Of a stretch of 64,000 bases of DNA, positions 10,980 through 24,679 are shown one piece after another. The notes under the pieces were generated by a model. It was not told the DNA's origin and did not search any database. It saw only the letters and a list, made by a program, of their open reading frames with translations. The translations under genes and the position numbers were made by a program. Origin of the DNA: Lama guanicoe (lineage: Eukaryota). The DNA lies in the NCBI GenBank assembly GCA_013239625.1, contig MU053379.1:3640866-3704865 (forward strand). Reading direction: 5' to 3'. The stretch's first letter is position 1, and each line of letters starts with the position of its first letter.

Positions 10980-12250
10980 TAATAACTTTTTCCATCGGCT
11001 TCACCGAGGTGTAACTGACATGTAAAGCTGTATACACCTCAAGTGCACAACATGACGACTTGATGTACATACACCCTGTGAAACAGTTACTGCAACCGAG
11101 GTTGGTAACGCATTCGTCCTTTCACATAGTCACCTTTTTAAAAAAAATAACTTTTAAAGAAGCAATTCTTTGCTTTCTAAGTTTGTAGTTTCTTAGACTG
11201 AGCTTAAGATTTTTAAAGGCCTTATGCCCATCCCTAGTTTGTTTCTGTGTGTGATGTGAATAGGGAACCTGCTTTTATCTTGTTTTTGCAACACCGCCCA
11301 TGAAGGAGAGCCTCCCTTGCACCCCATCAGCCTGTGCTGCCGCTGCGCCCACCCTGAGGTGGGTTGGCTTTTTATTCTGCTGCATTTAAAAATGCATCTA
11401 TCCCTGCTACTTCCACATGGTTGTAATTCCTAAAATTTCGTATCAAGCCCTCATATTTTGTAAGGCAACCCCCGCTCCATGTTCTTCATTTTCAAATTAA
11501 GCTTATATATTCCGAATCTTCCCTCGCTGATACCAGGGTTTCTCCACTTGGGCCCTGTGGACGTTTGGGGCCGGGGCACCCTGTGTCGTGGGGGCCTGTC
11601 CTGTGCTTTGAAGGATGATTGACTGCTCCCTTAGTCTCGTGCCAGTGCACCGTCAGACGCCTAGTGTCCACTTGGGGGCAAGAGCACCCCTGGTCACGCT
11701 GGGCGTTGGCTGAAATTCTGTTAAGTTTACAGATCACTTTTGGGGAGAATTGCTGTCATTATGCCGAGTCTTCTGGACCATGAATGTGTTTCTTGTCTCT
11801 ACACTTTCTCAGTTGCATTTCATGTCTTTTAATAATAACGTCCCCCAGGAAGGTTGTGCGCGTCTCTTGTTCGATTTGTTCCTGAGCTCCAAAGAGTGTG
11901 TTTGCTGTTAAAAAAAAAAATCTTGTCTTTTCTAGTTCTGCTCTCGAATGGGTCATCCTTGGTGGAAAGGAACGTTTGTTCTGTGTGTGTGTCCATCTGC
12001 GCCTGCACGTCTGGTTGGATTCTTAAAGCCTCATTGTCTGTCTGTGCGTCTTCTAGAATGTCCTCTGGAGACCGCCACGTTGTCTGCAGGTAACCACAGG
12101 CCTGGCCCACCTTCTAGCATGCTTGCACCTTCACCTTCTTTTCCCTGTCGTATTGCACCGGCCGGGACCTGCAGGAAGAAGCTGAATGTGGCAGGGATGG
12201 AGGGAGACTCATCTCACGAGCACGGCACAAAGCCTTGTCCTCATCCAAGA
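10980..12250 (-). mobile_element. L1 fragments (3' end and old ORF2)
   Basis: T-rich antisense L1 motifs, e.g. CAGATCACTTTTGGGGAGAATTG. Confidence 0.65.
11534..11712 (+). mobile_element. MER20 (hAT-Charlie) nested in L1
   Basis: CAGGGTTTCTCCACTTGGGCCCTGTGGACGTTTGGGGCCGG..GGGGGCCTGTCCTGTGC. Confidence 0.75.
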
Positions 12251-12679
12251 TCGTTCGGTGAGTCAGAGCTGAGGCCAGGCAAGGCTTGAAGGCTGCCGAA
12301 CTTCTCTTTCTTTTATTCTTTCTTGCTGCTTCTGTCTTGGGCTAGTTAACATGAAAACAATTTGCTGTCGGAACTCTTGTGATTTTAAACCTGATAAAAC
12401 CTTAAGAGAAAGTTACCTCTAGTCTTTTGTGTGTCTTGATACTGACACGAAGCCTGTGTTCTTCTTTGAATATTCAAGCACGCCAGCTATTTAAAGCTAG
12501 TGTCTACAGGCCTGTGAGCGCGTTTCCACATCTCGTCAGCGCGAGGCTTTAGGACGCCGTGGGTCCTGTAGCAGAACTCGCCACGTGCTGTGGATCACGT
12601 GAAGCGAAGCGGGCACTGTGCTGGGTCCTTTTAAAATCTGCTTCTGTGGTGTCTTTCTAACAGTGCTCTGTATGGATGA

Positions 12680-13200
12680 GCCTCCTTTTACAGATGAGGA
12701 AACTGAGCTTCAAAGCATTAAGTGACCTGCCTAAGGCCTCTTGTTTCTAAGTTTGCAGCGCCTGGACTCAAACGAAGGTTGGACACCAAAGTGCGCGGTC
12801 TTCTTGCTCTGTATTGTGGTTACCGTCAGGCGCACACGTGGGAGATTCATATTAGCTGAATTCCAGTTCTGTTTGGAGGGTCTAGGGATGAGCTCTTCTT
12901 GGTGCTTTAGACATTCACTGTGTCTGCTTAGATTGGGAGAATGCAAGAAAAATAAAGCCAGTGAGGTTTTCCCTCAGCATTGTTTCAATGTACACGTACA
13001 CACAGCGATAACAGGTCCAAGCTTGTGAACGTCTCCCCTGTGCGGGGCACGTTGTGCGTGTTATATCTTATCTGCATAAAAACTGGGGAGGAAAGTCTGG
13101 CTAGTACTGTTTTAGAGATTGGGAACCTGGGCTTCTTCGAGATTTAGCAACAGTTAAGAAGGAGCAGAGCCGGGTCGCACCGGCCGGACACTGCAGCGGG
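12680..13200 (-). mobile_element. Two MIR fragments (about 12680-12790 and 13020-13200)
   Basis: TTTTACAGATGAGGAAACTGAG..TAAGTGACCTGCCTAAGG. Confidence 0.7.
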
Positions 13201-13959
13201 CTGACCAAGCTAAGCTGGCTGTCAGCTCAAAGCTGTGTTTTGGTTGTGCTAGATTCTCCATGGAAAAAAAATGTGCTCCAGCAGCTGCATTATAAAGAAT
13301 CATTTCCATCATTAGGCAGTATGTGGAGCCCAAGAGGGACTTCTGTAAACATGAGTACATGTTCCCAGACAAAGGAGATAATATCTACGACAAACAGCCA
13401 TTATCCAGAACATCTGTGAGGCTGTTTCTCCGCGTTTTAGATAATGCACGGTGAGCCCCGACTCAGGTGTGCTCTGGAGGGCCCTGCCGCTCCCGCCCGG
13501 CTGGCGGTGGCCTCTGGGTGGGATGAACGAGCGGATCTGTTGATCGTGGCGCACACCGCTTAATCAAGCACTTTGGCTTTGGATCAAGTTTTCTATATTG
13601 TTAGCTCTAATTATAGCTGTAACCAACACTACTCATCGTGCTTTGCAATTTACATAGCGATCCCACATTCAGTGTCTCCTAAGCATTTAATCCTCAAAAC
13701 AGTTCTGCTCGGCATCATTAATACGATCCTGCTAATAGTGTTTTTGAGATTGTCCACGTGACTCGACAAAGAGAGACAGCCAGGAGGCGCCATTTTCTGA
13801 GGAGAGGGCACTTTCGCAGCGTGGGTTAATGTGCTGCTCCGCTGTAATCGTGACCGGAAAAGAAGATGAAGGAATTTGTATCCAACAGCAGACTGCATTT
13901 ATCTCCGGAAGTAAGAAAGTTTCAGAAAAGCATCCTCATTCAGTAGAGCATCGCATTTC

Positions 13960-16900
13960 TTTCATTTTTTTTAAGTGTCATTTTTATTTTACACATATAA
14001 ATGGTCCCCTTAAGTACACACTGTCCACAAGTACAAAGGTACACAGGTGTGTCTCTCTGAGGAATCACGTAGTCCCTTAAAGCTAGCGGTGAGACGGTGC
14101 CCTGCCCCACCGCGCCCTCGCCCTGTCACCGCTGGCGGGCGGCGCTGAGCTCCTGAGGTGCTCGGTATTGATCACTACATCCCAGACTAGGTGTTTCTAG
14201 TGCTATTTCGTGTCGTACAGTTTGCCGTACGGTGTGCTGACTTCCTGCTCTGAGGGGGAGGGTCTAGAAAGCACGCACCTGTGCCCCCCGCCCCACCCCC
14301 CACGGTGGCCTGGCCCAGGTGAGCGTCGCCTGGAGCCCAGACTCGCCACGTGCCAGACTTGCTCTGCTTTTCACGTGCAACTTTGCCCCCCAGTGTTGGT
14401 TATGGTCTCTTTTAGAAAACAATTGTTCTTTTTTTTTTTTTTTTTATTTACCAATCACAAATTCATTTTTAAAAGTTTGCCAGAAGCCTGTTTCTTCCCA
14501 GATATTCAAACATTTCAGGAACCCATCAGTTTCTGGCCTGGGTGACACCCCTCCTGGAGGCCCCCACCCCCTGTACCAGGACAGCGTCTCTCCAGGCCTC
14601 GGGCAGCTGTCATCCTGGGAGATCCTTGGACCTTCCTGACTCTCTGCTTTCCTTCTGGGATGGAGCCCGTGGTTTCTGGGTCCTGCATCTTATTCTTTCT
14701 TTACTTCTCCTCCCCCATTTTAGCAAAGCGTCTCTCAAGTTGCTTCCTGGAAAAGGTGCCAAGACGAGACATGTCTTGAAGGCTCGGAGGTTTGAGGATG
14801 GCTTTATTCTGCTGTTTTCACTGGCTGACAGTTTGGCTGAGTATAGAATTCCAGGTTGGAAGCATTTTCCCCCCTAGTTTGGTGTTGCTATTGAGAATCA
14901 AAGACATTTTGATTCCTACTCCTTTGTATACGAAACTTTATTTTCTCTATGGAAACGTTAGGGTCTCCGCTTTATCACCAATACCCCGAAATTGCCAAGT
15001 AATCAGCCGTGATGTGGGTCTATTCCCACCTGTTTTGATGGGCATTTGATGGGCGCTTTCAGTCTGACTCATGGCTTTCAGTTCTGATAAACTTCACCAA
15101 GTCACTGGTTTTCAGATAATATTCTCCTTTCTGTCATTTTGCTCTTGAACTCTCATTACTGGCTGTTGGGCCTCCTGGACTGACCTGGTTTCAAAGATAC
15201 CTGAAAATTTAAATTCTATCTCTTTTGTTTTTCGGAAGAGATTTCCTTAACTGTGCTTGGCAACTGCTACGATGCGGGTGTTTACTGCGTGTGTGCAGCC
15301 GTTCTCACCACAGCAGAGTGGCTGTGGCTGAAAGAGATGCCTCATGAGATGCACCTGTTTCAGGCCAGGCGGGGAGCGCTGCCGTAGCAGCATCCGGTCA
15401 TGCCCACCCTGGTGGGATGCCCATTCGTTCACTCGCTCATTCACTCGCTCAGCAATTCAGCAACTGTTAATTGAGAGCCGACCCAGAGCCAGAGGCAGAG
15501 CTTTTGGCGTCGGAAGTGGTTACAAGTGGTGACAGAGTTACCGCTGGGAAGTCGGAAGGGGGCCCCAAGCACCCCCACTCCACTGGGACTCCTCCTCTAA
15601 CTGCTCCTAAGCAGACGGCTCATCAGCTCCCGTTTGCAACCTTCCTCAGACCTTTAGAACTCAGCCCGCCAGCGCCCGACCCTCCAGTTCTTAGCCTTTC
15701 CTTGTGGCCTCAACTCCAGGCGTCTGCTTCTGTCTTCCTCTGCCCTGACACTGCCTTAGACGTTGCAGAATGCGTCATGGTATTGGTACCTGCTGGAAGT
15801 GCATCTCCATTTCTGGTTTTTACCAGGAAGACCCAGCAGGTGCACATTCGGCTGTGCCGCTCGGAGCACCTGCCGGCTCAGGTGTTCACTGACGGGAGCT
15901 CCTGCCCCCGTGCGCAGCCCCACAGGCATCGTGGGCTGGGAGCGCTCCCCTTCTGAGCCGCCTTCCTCTCCTTCTCTCACCTCCTTACCCTTCTGCCAGT
16001 GCTGTGCTCACCCCCCAGATAAGCTACCTGTGCCCAAGTCTGCTGCTGGGGGAACCCAAGCCAAGATTTGCGTTTAGACGCCTGGGTAATCGTAGGCACG
16101 ACGTCGGGGTTTGTCCTCCTTGTTTCATCAACACTAGGCTGTATCGTGATTCTTCGTGGTCTGAGATGAGATACTACTTACCGCCGCCGTCTCCTTCGCC
16201 TTTTCTCTTCTCTCCCATGTTTTTTTTTCCCCAGCTGTCTTTACTTTGACAGTTTACTTTCCTAACATTTACGTCTGCAACCATATTGAAATCCTCTTGG
16301 ATTTTTTTTCCCTACAAGTTGATTTTAAAAGTTGAAGGCCAATCAGCGTATGTCAGTATGCCTTGAAAATGATCTGTAATTCAGGAACCAGGTCGGGTCA
16401 CCTGCCTTCTGCACGGGTTCAGTGTCCAAAATCATAGGTCGCTCAGAGGAGAATGCTTCTCATGCCAGGAGTGAACGGTGCCCCCTTGGCAGACCCCAGT
16501 CCCTTCCTCACAATCACGCCACGTTTTAGTGTGTTCCATGCCAGGACCCGACCCTCTCGTACGGTTTTGTGGTTTTTGTTTACGCTGGAGTTTTTTGCTT
16601 GTAGAGACATGTTGCGAGTCACGAGTCCTTCCTGACTTGCTGTTCCTCTGGGCTGGTCCATTCCGGTTTTTCTCGACGCCGCTGCTTGCAGCCCACCCAC
16701 GTGCTGTGCTGCTTGGGACGGGCTGGTCTCAAGACTGACTCTCGACTCTCGTAGACTTCCTTTCAGCGCACATCAGGGTTAATTCTGCTGTTTCTTTTCG
16801 TCCTGTTCTTTCATTTTCACTAGTCGTCCTTCTTCTTTCGTTGTGGTAGAGTTATGTCATCTCCACAGAAGGATGTGTGAGAGGTTTATCTTCTGAGTCC

Positions 16901-17700
16901 TTGCATGATCGAAAATGTGTTAATTTTATCCCAGACTTAGTAATCATTTGGTTAAACATAAAATTACAGCGCACATTAGAGTGTAAAATACTAACTGTTG
17001 GGCACACTAAGTTTCTCATGTAGCCTTGAAAGCTCTCTGCGTTGTCTGATGATACTCAGTGTGGATGATATTAGCGTGCATCTCAAACCTTTGTGTTTGA
17101 CCTGTTTTTCCTGTCTGCAAGCACTGTGTGTTTTCTTTGTCTCTTTGCTCTTCTGACCCTTCAGAAGTAGCTACAGAGTTCTGAATCATTTCTCATTCGC
17201 TTTGCTGGTGCTCAGAGAGCCATTTTAATGTGAAGTCTTGGATTAAATCCTCTGATAACTTCCCTTATCGCGTGGCTCTGGGAATTTTTTCTGAAGCTCT
17301 GGTTTCTGAGGCCGTTTTCCTGGACTGCGCCCCCGTGCGCGGTGCCATCCCCACCGTGGTTTTGGTTGGTGTATGTTTGTTCTGTGTTCTTGGGAATCCC
17401 CTTGGCACTACCTCTCAATTCCTCCATTCACTTTTTAAAACCAGGAAACGCTTCTGTTAGTTTCCAAGAGCTCTTTCTTGTTCTTTGTTCTGTTTTCAGA
17501 GCATCCTAGTCTTGGCTTGTGGGTATAATAGCTCAGATCCCTCTGAGGGTACCCATTCGAGTTTCTCTTTTTCCCTAAAGTCTTCTTCGGTTTCCTGAAT
17601 TATGTCTGTCTTCTCCAGGGTCATTTCTTCCCGTCTGTTCCAGTAGGCTGTAGTGTGTGTTCTCCGTGTCCCCGGGGTGGGGGGGCCTTTGTTGTTGTCA
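13960..17700 (-). mobile_element. Highly diverged L1ME/HAL1-like fragments
   Basis: Long T-rich stretch with antisense L1 ORF1-type motifs (TTTGGCTGAGTATAGAATTCCAGGTTGGAA; TTCTGAGTCCTTGCATG..GAAAATG). Confidence 0.55.
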
Positions 17701-19089
17701 GTTTCAAAGGAGGAGGAAATGCGTGAATTTCCCTAGGCAGCTGGGGTGCGCCTGGCCGCTGTCACCGTGCGGACTGGATGGGGAGCCTTCGGGGGGAGCA
17801 GGGCTGATTGGATCAGAGGCTTTACTTTGTTCTGGGGGAAAAGGCAGGGATGGAGCCTTGGGCCGGGGGCCCTCAGATGCCAGCACGGGCTCTGATGCTG
17901 GTGCCCACCTAGGAGTCCTGACTCCCAACGCCTGGAAAGTTTATTCATTTTAGAGAAATGCTTGAGGTGGCGCTGCCCTTCCCCGCCCCCGAAGCCGCAG
18001 GTGTGGTCTGCCCGGCTGCCCGGGCTGTGCTCAGAGTCCGGCAGTGCTGCAGGGAGGGACCAGCTCGGTGGGTTGGGGCATCGATGTGGAACCCCTCTCT
18101 CCCCAGCAGCCCCTCTCCTTCCACACTTGCCCACCGCTGGGCCTGCCCACACCGCGCCTGGAGGCCCCTTGGGGTCTCCCAGCAGCTCAGCCCCTTAGCG
18201 CACTTGGAGCCACGGTTTCCCCGCACAGCTGGCTGTGAACATGCTTCTGCCCACCTGGTCCTGATGCTCTGTGTTTGGTAATCTCTCATCCCTTGATGGT
18301 TGCTCTCCTGGCCGTTACCTTTTGCTCTTAAGGGATGGCTCCCCTTTCCCGTTTCCCTGTTACCCTGGGGAGTCTAGGAGAGGAGGACAGATGTTTATGC
18401 CTCTTCCTCTACTGTTTGCTCAATTTTGAAATTTCTCCTTTGGGTTCATTGTCCTGGAAAATAACTTGTGCCTCTTTAGATGTTTGTCGATCAAGGAAGG
18501 GGCCTGGGGAAGGTGGGAGGGGCGCCTGCGGGCGGCCGGCTCGGCCCTCTGTCCTCCCAGGAACCTGTGTTTGTCCTGGCAAACGTGACCGAAGCCTGTC
18601 TTAACCCGCAGCCTCCGCGCTGGAAGGAAGTTCGCTGTCTATCTGCTGTTACCTAAACGGCCCTTGGGAGGTCTTCCTTCCTGCCCCTGCGAGCTTATTA
18701 GAAAGCATTGTTTTTAGTCATTTTGTTGAGAAAAGCCCTGGTGAATACCGTTTTCTCCAGGTGGCTCCGTTTCCAAGGATGCTCCAGCTACCTTGCAGAG
18801 CGCATCCGGCTGGCCCGGGTGCGGCGGCTCCCACCCCAGGGCACCTCTGGGCGGGTGGGCAGGTGGGTTTTCCAGGGCAAGCCCTGTCGGGAGCGCAGTT
18901 TGGGGGAATTTCAGCGCCCCCCTCCCCCGCCCAGAGGGGCAGCCCTCAAAGCTGGGGACCCAGGACGGTAAGCTTCTCCCGGCTGCAGGTCCTGCCACTC
19001 AGCCGGCCCCTTGTCTCCTCCCCGCACTCACTCCAGCCTCTCCATCTCTGCCCGCTTCCAGCAGCTCAGAGTGGGGTCACCAATTAGAG

Positions 19090-19620
19090 CGAGAAACAAA
19101 AAGCCCCCCAGGCCAGCGTGGTGCCCAGCCCTGGGCTTCCCGCTGCTGTCTGCGTGCGTTTCCGCCCCCGCGCCCGGCCGCTCCCCCGCGCGCCCACCCG
19201 CGCCTTCTTTATGCCCCTTGAGCTTCGGTTTCCTCTCCCCTCCTTCCCCCTCGAGCCACACAGAAGGAGGCAGCCCCCTTTCCTGTCCCCTCGGGACCCC
19301 CTCAGCATCTCGGCATCTCGGCGCAGACCCGCCACCTGTGGGATCGCAGGCCATGGCACGCAGCCACTCAGAGGCACAATGGGGGCTCTCAGAGCCTCCG
19401 GCCGCGCCTGGGCCGCGCGCCAGCTCGCCGGAGGGGCGGCCTGGCCTCGCAGGGGGAGTGTGGGCCTGGCGATCGGAGCCGCACAGAGCCGCCCCGACTT
19501 GCTGTGGGGTCTGGGGCCGTCACTTGACCTCTGCTGGGCACCTCGTCCTGGACAGGAAGTCGGGGTGGGCTCCCCGAGGATGCGGGTGGAATTGCCAATG
19601 AGGCCCGGAGCCCCCACCCC
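19090..19620. promoter_or_regulatory. Orphan CpG-rich island
   Basis: High CpG density, GC boxes. Confidence 0.45.
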
Positions 19621-19659
19621 GCCCTGCAGTGGCTTATTGGATGGGGGCTGTGGGCACAT

Positions 19660-19900
19660 CACTCACACACACGCACACACGCAAGTGTACACACATCCGT
19701 GCCCACAAAGACATGCAGTCAGAGACACAAACACAAGTACACACCCACAAGCTTACACAGACTTTGACGTAAACGTGCACACCCAGACATGGAAATAGCC
19801 ACACATCACGGACACGTTTGCACACAGACACGCACACCCGTTCTACAGGCACACGCTCCCTCACACGCCTGTTCACCGCAGTCAGGGCACACATGCATGT
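19660..19900. repeat. Degenerate (CA)n-rich low-complexity tract
   Basis: Interrupted CACACA runs. Confidence 0.8.
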
Positions 19901-20979
19901 GAAATAGAAACAGAATGTTAACTCTTCTTCACAAAGAGAACACAGGACCCCTCCTTCTCTCATTCTCAGTGCACAGTCCGCAGCCCTTGTGAGCTGGTCC
20001 TGGGCCAGGCAGCGAGGGGGACGACAGAGCAGCAGCGTGGCCCCGGCCTCGGGGGGCTCAGTGGGTGCGTTCAGATGACACAAGCCACCCGCTACGAGCC
20101 ACAGCAAGTTGTGCTCCGGAGGAGAGCTTATCTGGTGGAGCACCTGACCGGGAGAGGAGGGTCCAGGAAGGCAGCGAGGAGGAGGTGTCCTGGTTCGTTT
20201 GGGTAGACGTGGGTACCTGTCATTTAGCTGGACTTGGTTTTGGAGCACAGGCCACAGCTCTGGCTCCAGGCAATGCTATAGAAGGCGTGGAAAGAATGAA
20301 GGATCCCTTTGACCCTTTCTTCTCCGAGGACGTGGCACCATGTGCCGGCTGTGGCCGCCCTGGGCTCTTGGCCAGGTCAGCGGGCTGGTGGCCAGGCCGG
20401 CGCCGCCCTGGGCATCTGTTGACACCTAGACTCTGTCGACACCACAGTTAACTCCCTGCATGTGTTTCTCTTGTGGATAAACGTCTGCAGGGTTCAGCGG
20501 CATTTTCCGAACATGGCTGCAGCAACATTTCTGAGCCCCAGATGCTCTTCTGGAACCTCGTCACAGCCCTTCAAGAGGCAGAGTCCCTGTCCCTCCCCAT
20601 GAGCCTCTCTGAGTGCCTTCGAGGACGCAGTGGCGCCTGCGCCCTGAGGCGAGGTGGCAGGACTGGCTTTGTTTCCGCGTGGCTCTCTTCTTTCGGACAG
20701 CGCCTTGGGAGCCCGGTGCTCACGCGTAAGGAGGCTGGCTGGGAGATGTGCGGGGCAGGGGAGGGTCCCCCGTGCTCCAGGCTCAGCCCTTCGCGACCCC
20801 CCGGCCGGGCACCAGCTGTGAGCTCGAGGACTTCGGCCCGCCTTCGGGCTGCCCCGCGGGCGCCGAGTGGCCCGGAGGGGCCTCTCCCTGCAGGGTCCCA
20901 CACTGACCCCACGTGCGTGACCAAACCAGAGGTGCAGTTGGCTTAGGTCACTAAGTTTGTTTGTTGGGTTCTTTTTTAA

Positions 20980-21950
20980 ACCATCATTGATTTATGTATT
21001 TTTATTAAGGCTTTAGTTTTTAAGCGTGGTTTTAGGTTCACAGCAGCTGTGAGCAGAAGGTACAGAGATTTCCTTCCGCACAGGATCCCCGCCTTGCTGT
21101 CAGCATCTCCTCCCAGAGACTGCCCTTGACCACTGACAAGCCGGCTCAGACCCGCCATCATCACCCGGAGTCCAGTTTGCCTGGGGCTCGCCCTTGGCGC
21201 TGTGCCCTCTGCGGGTTTGGACACACATATAGTGACAAGTACCCACCACGACTGCCACTCAGAGTAGCTTCACTGCCCTGAAAGTCCCCTGTGCTCCCTG
21301 TTCGTCCTTCCTTCCCCCAGCCCTGGCAACCACTCGTCTCTTCACTGTCTCCACAGGGCTGAACGTCATAGTGTTGGAATCATACGGTATGTAGCCTTCT
21401 TGGATTAGCTTCTTTCAGTTAGTAATAGGCATTTAAATTTTTCCATGTCTTTTCATGGCTTGATAGCTCATTTCTTTTTTAGTGCTGAATAGTACTCCAT
21501 TGTACGGATGTACCACAGTTTGTTTCTCCATTCATGTACTGAAGGCGATCTTGGTTGCTTACAGGTTTTGGTAATTACAGGTAAAGATGCTAGAAACATC
21601 TGTGTGGAGGTTTTTGTGCGGACATAAATTTTCAGCTCACTTGGGTGAACATCAGGGAGCAAGCCTGCTGGATTATATGGTAAGAGTGTGGTTAGTTGTG
21701 TAGGAAAGCCCCACACTGCCTTCCAAAATGGCTGCACCATTTTGCACTCCCACCAGCCATGGACGGGAGTTCCTGTTGCTCCACGTCGTTGTCAGCGGTT
21801 GGTGACATGTCCCGGGTTTGGTCCCTCTCATAGTGTGCAGTGGGGTCTCGTTGCTTTAATCTGCACTTTCTTGATAACATGTGATCTTTGAGCATCTTTT
21901 CAGGTGCTTATTTGCTCTTTGTGTCTCTTCTTTGGTGAGGGGTCTGTTGA
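20980..21950 (-). mobile_element. L1M 3' region
   Basis: Minus ORF 21468-21740 MVQPFWKAVW..KLWYIRTMEYYSALKK. Confidence 0.9.
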
Positions 21951-22499
21951 GGGAGCCACCAAGTTTTGGGGAGATTTGCTATTGAGAAATAGACAATTGG
22001 AGAATCAGGTCGAGGAAGAATTCAGTCAGCTTTGCCCTGAAGGACTGAGAAAACCCTTGAGTGCTCTTGGAGTTCTTAATTAAACATGCACAGTCTTCAT
22101 GTGTGGACTGTTTCCAAACTGTTCTCCTACTGACAGCCCCACAGAGGGAAACCCAAAGCATCAAACTGCCTCTTCTCATGCGTGTGACGTCACACAAGCT
22201 ACCCACACCACAAAGAGGACAGTCACTTGCGGTGAGGGACACCTGCAACCAGGAGCCTCCTGCCCCACCTGCCCCATGATGCATGATGTAACTGGTCCAC
22301 AGGGGGAGTTAAGAGACAGAACGTCCTGACTTAAAGATACATGTTTAAAAGCATTTCCAATCTACCATGGATGGGATGGATAGTTTTATTAGATACAGTA
22401 CAAATGAGTTACTAGGAAAATGAAATAAAAATAGACATTCAAAATTCAGTTCCTAATTTATTATTAGACTTCACAGACCTGAAGTCACCCTGGTTTTCT

Positions 22500-24100
22500 G
22501 AGTGTCTTTTTTAGATTCCACATGTAAGTGAGATCATACAGTGTCTGCCTTTCTCTGTCTGGCTTATTTCATTCAGCAAAATGCCCTCAAGGTCCATCCA
22601 AGTCGTTGCAGACGGGAAAGTTTCCTTCTTTCTCGTGGCGGAATAATACTCCTTTGTGTAGACTTACCACATCTCCCTCATCCGCTCACCCACTGACAGG
22701 TTGATTCCGTATCTTGACTGTTGTGAGTAATGCTGCAATGGACACGGGAGTGCAGGTATCTCTACGAAATCCTGACTTCAGTTCTTTGAATACTTCCCCA
22801 GAAGGGGGATTTCGGGATAAACTGCGACTGTTTCCCATCGTGGCTTTCGCAGTCTGCATTTCCACCAGCAGCGCATGAGGGTTCCCTTTCCTCCACAACC
22901 TCGCCAACACTCATTATCGGGTGTCTTTTTTGGTGACGGCCGTTCTAACAGGTGTGAGTGATGTCTCTTTGTGGTTTTGATTTGCATTTCCAGTGATGAG
23001 GGGAGTTGGGCATCTTTCTGTGTGCCTGTTGGCCGTCTGTGTATTTTCTTTGGAAAACTGTCTGTTTGTTCCTCTGCCTGTTTTTAACTCAGGTTGTTGG
23101 TACTTGTCATCGTTGTTAGTGAGTTGTGCCACTAACAACACAATCTTCATGTGCTTTGAATATTACCCTCGCCTCAGGTCAGCGGCTTGCGGACGTTCCG
23201 TCCCGCTCTGCAGGCTGCCTTTTATGTTGCCGGTTGTTTGCTGTGCGGGAGCTTGTTGGTGTGATGCGGCTCCTCACCGTGTAGTTTTGCTCTTGGGGCT
23301 TGTACGTCCATTGTCGTATCACGGAATTGCTGCTGAGACCAGTGTCAAAGCTTTCCCCCCCGTGTGTTCTCCTAGGAGTTTTATGGTTTTGGGTCTTAAA
23401 TTTACACCTTTAATCCATTTCAAGTTTTTTTTTTGAGTGGTGTAAGATGGGGGGCTGTCCAATTTCACTCTTCCGCACGTGGTTTTCCAGTTTCCCACAC
23501 CATTTCCCCACTGAGTGTTCTTGCCTCCAGGGCCCAATATTAGTGGACTGTATATGTAGGGGTTTATTTCTGGGCTCTCAGTTATGTTCCACTGATCTTT
23601 TTTTGTCTTTCTTTGGCCAGCACCACCCTGCTCTGATTACTGTAGCTTTGCAGTGTAGGTTGAAATCAGGGAGTGTGACGTCTCCGGCTCTGTTCTTCTT
23701 TCTCATGATCGCCTTGGCTATTCAGGGTCTTCTGTGGCTCCAGGCAAGGTTTACAAGTGTTTTTTCTGCTCCTGTGAAGAATGCCACTGGAATTTGGACA
23801 GGGATTGTATTGATTCTGTAGGCAGCTTTGTATAGATGGGTGAATATGAGCATCTTAGCGCTGTTAATTCTTCTGACCCTTAAGTGTGAACCGTCTTCTC
23901 ACTCACTGGTGTCTCCCTCAGTTTCCTTCACCAAAGTCGCACAGCTGTCGGTGCACAGGCCTCCCCCCTCCGTGGGCAGAGGGACTGACTTGAAGTGTTT
24001 CATTGGCTTTGACGCTGTTGTGAATGGGATGGTTTTCTTTCTTTCTTTCTCAAATGTATTGCTGTCAGTGTATAGAAACACAATTATTTTCTGAATTATG
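22500..24100 (-). mobile_element. L1MA-type ORF2/3' fragment
   Basis: Minus frames give MQIKTTKRHH, WIKGVNLRPKTIKLL and IVFLYTDSNTFEKE. Confidence 0.9.
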
Positions 24101-24429
24101 ATTTTGTTTCCTTGTGTTTTTAAGTGAGGAAGCCACACACGTCTTATTTACAGAGTTATAATGTCAGAAACGTGGATATGCCGCAAAGTGTGGGTGTCAC
24201 CCATAGACTGTCAGAGTAAAGGCGGGATAAAGATGGACGAGAGGACTGGGAGGAGACAAGATGGCTCAGGGTGGTGCCCAAGGCTCGGGCCACGACTCTC
24301 CCAGTAGAGGGGGCGTCTGGTGTCCAGCCCAGCTCTGTCACCAGCTCAGGATATGGCAGCCCTCAGAGATGACCTGGACCTGCCACAGCCACGGAGCAGG
24401 AAGGGAAGACAGTGGCTTCAGGCATTTCA

Positions 24430-24600
24430 GTCCCCAGCCATGTGACCCTGGGGAAATTATTTAACCTCTCAGTGCCTCAGCTTCCTTGAGTATAAACAGT
24501 CATAATCATATGGGACTATTGTGAGGATTAACTCATACGACAGAACTTTAGAATGAAGCCTGGTTCAGTAAAACATCTGTGTAAATATTATCTATTACTA
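24430..24600 (+). mobile_element. MIR SINE
   Basis: TGTGACCCTGGGGAAATTATTTAACCTCTCAGTGCCTCAG. Confidence 0.8.
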
Positions 24601-24679
24601 CTAATAGTAATAAAATTTTTTTCTAGAAGATTCTCCATGAGTGAGTTGCTTAGTTTCCATGGAGATCAAGCCAGGATTA

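Noticed and set aside
13347..13366. p53/p63 element (AAACATGAGTACATGTTCCC)
   Set aside because: The CATG cores are 4 bp apart rather than the canonical 6, and the flanks mismatch.
19011..20248. About 200-aa ORFs
   Set aside because: They run through a CpG island and the CA repeat; only a weak possible exon at 20216 is kept as a side note.
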